From a virus (Duplodnaviria; Heunggongvirae; Uroviricota; Caudoviricetes), in the IMG/VR virus record IMGVR_UViG_3300033463_000048, positions 39,434 to 103,433 of that record: a stretch of DNA of 64,000 nucleotides; one strand, written 5' to 3'. Under the pieces are notes generated by a model. It was not told the DNA's origin. It worked only from the letters and a program-made list of their open reading frames with translations, and did no database searches. A program made the translations under genes and the position numbers. This document shows, piece by piece, positions 63,940 through 64,000 of the stretch; the stretch's first letter is position 1, and each line of letters opens with the position of its first letter.

Positions 63940-64000
63940 GCCGAGGGAACTGGCGTTCGGTCGGGCCTCATAAGCTCGATAGGGTGGGATCGAAACCCAT
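63940..64000 (+). tRNA. partial tRNA-like (possible CAT anticodon) truncated by window end
   Basis: Acceptor-like GCCGAGG, anticodon-like CGGGC-CTCATAA-GCTCG, T-arm start GTGGG-ATCGAAA-CCCAT at the window edge. Confidence 0.3.

Noticed and set aside
1-64000. CRISPR array
   Set aside because: No regularly spaced identical direct repeats with unique spacers were found. The repeat array at 59730-60110 has variable, degenerate units that resemble tRNA fragments rather than CRISPR repeats.

Overview
This window is an AT-rich (~30% GC by eye) stretch of a large tailed phage whose host is a low-GC Gram-positive bacterium. The host inference rests on an endolysin with cell-wall-binding repeats and an SH3b-like tail, and on AT-rich tRNAs.

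Layout:
- 1-17.6 kb, minus strand: a bacterial-type replication module. It holds a DnaE-like Pol III alpha PHP domain, a RecJ-like DHH nuclease, a DnaG-like primase, a DnaB-like helicase, an AAA ATPase, an SSB-like protein, topoisomerase II subunits A and B, a GT8 glycosyltransferase, a compact UvrD-like helicase and two GIY-YIG endonucleases.
- 17.7-32.5 kb, plus strand: structural and lysis genes. These include paralogous tail fibres with internal repeats, a beta-helix tailspike with a GC-rich mosaic C-terminus, and the endolysin.
- 32.5-36.8 kb, minus strand: a nucleotide and DNA metabolism block with an ATP-dependent ligase, a GIY-YIG endonuclease, a dNMP kinase, a GT2 glycosyltransferase and RNase H.
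- 36.9-64 kb, plus strand: a long array of small early-type genes. Recognisable products are a Dit-like tail protein, a ClpP-like protease, PhoH interrupted by a LAGLIDADG intein, another GIY-YIG, a metallophosphoesterase, an SPFH protein and zinc-ribbon paralogues. It ends in a tRNA cluster of at least 13 tRNAs interleaved with two HNH endonucleases.

The most notable finding is a Ro60/TROVE-vWA-like protein gene preceded by about 1 kb of ORF-free DNA. That DNA contains a structured GC-rich segment, a non-canonical tRNA-like element and a degenerate repeat array, which suggests a candidate Ro/Y-RNA-like module. Other recurring signals are a conserved promoter family (at least 13 copies, all with 17-bp spacers), many hairpin terminators, a very high density of homing endonucleases, and an unusual abundance of GCGC/CGCG motifs.

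All calls rest on reading the sequence and on motif recognition. No database searches were run.
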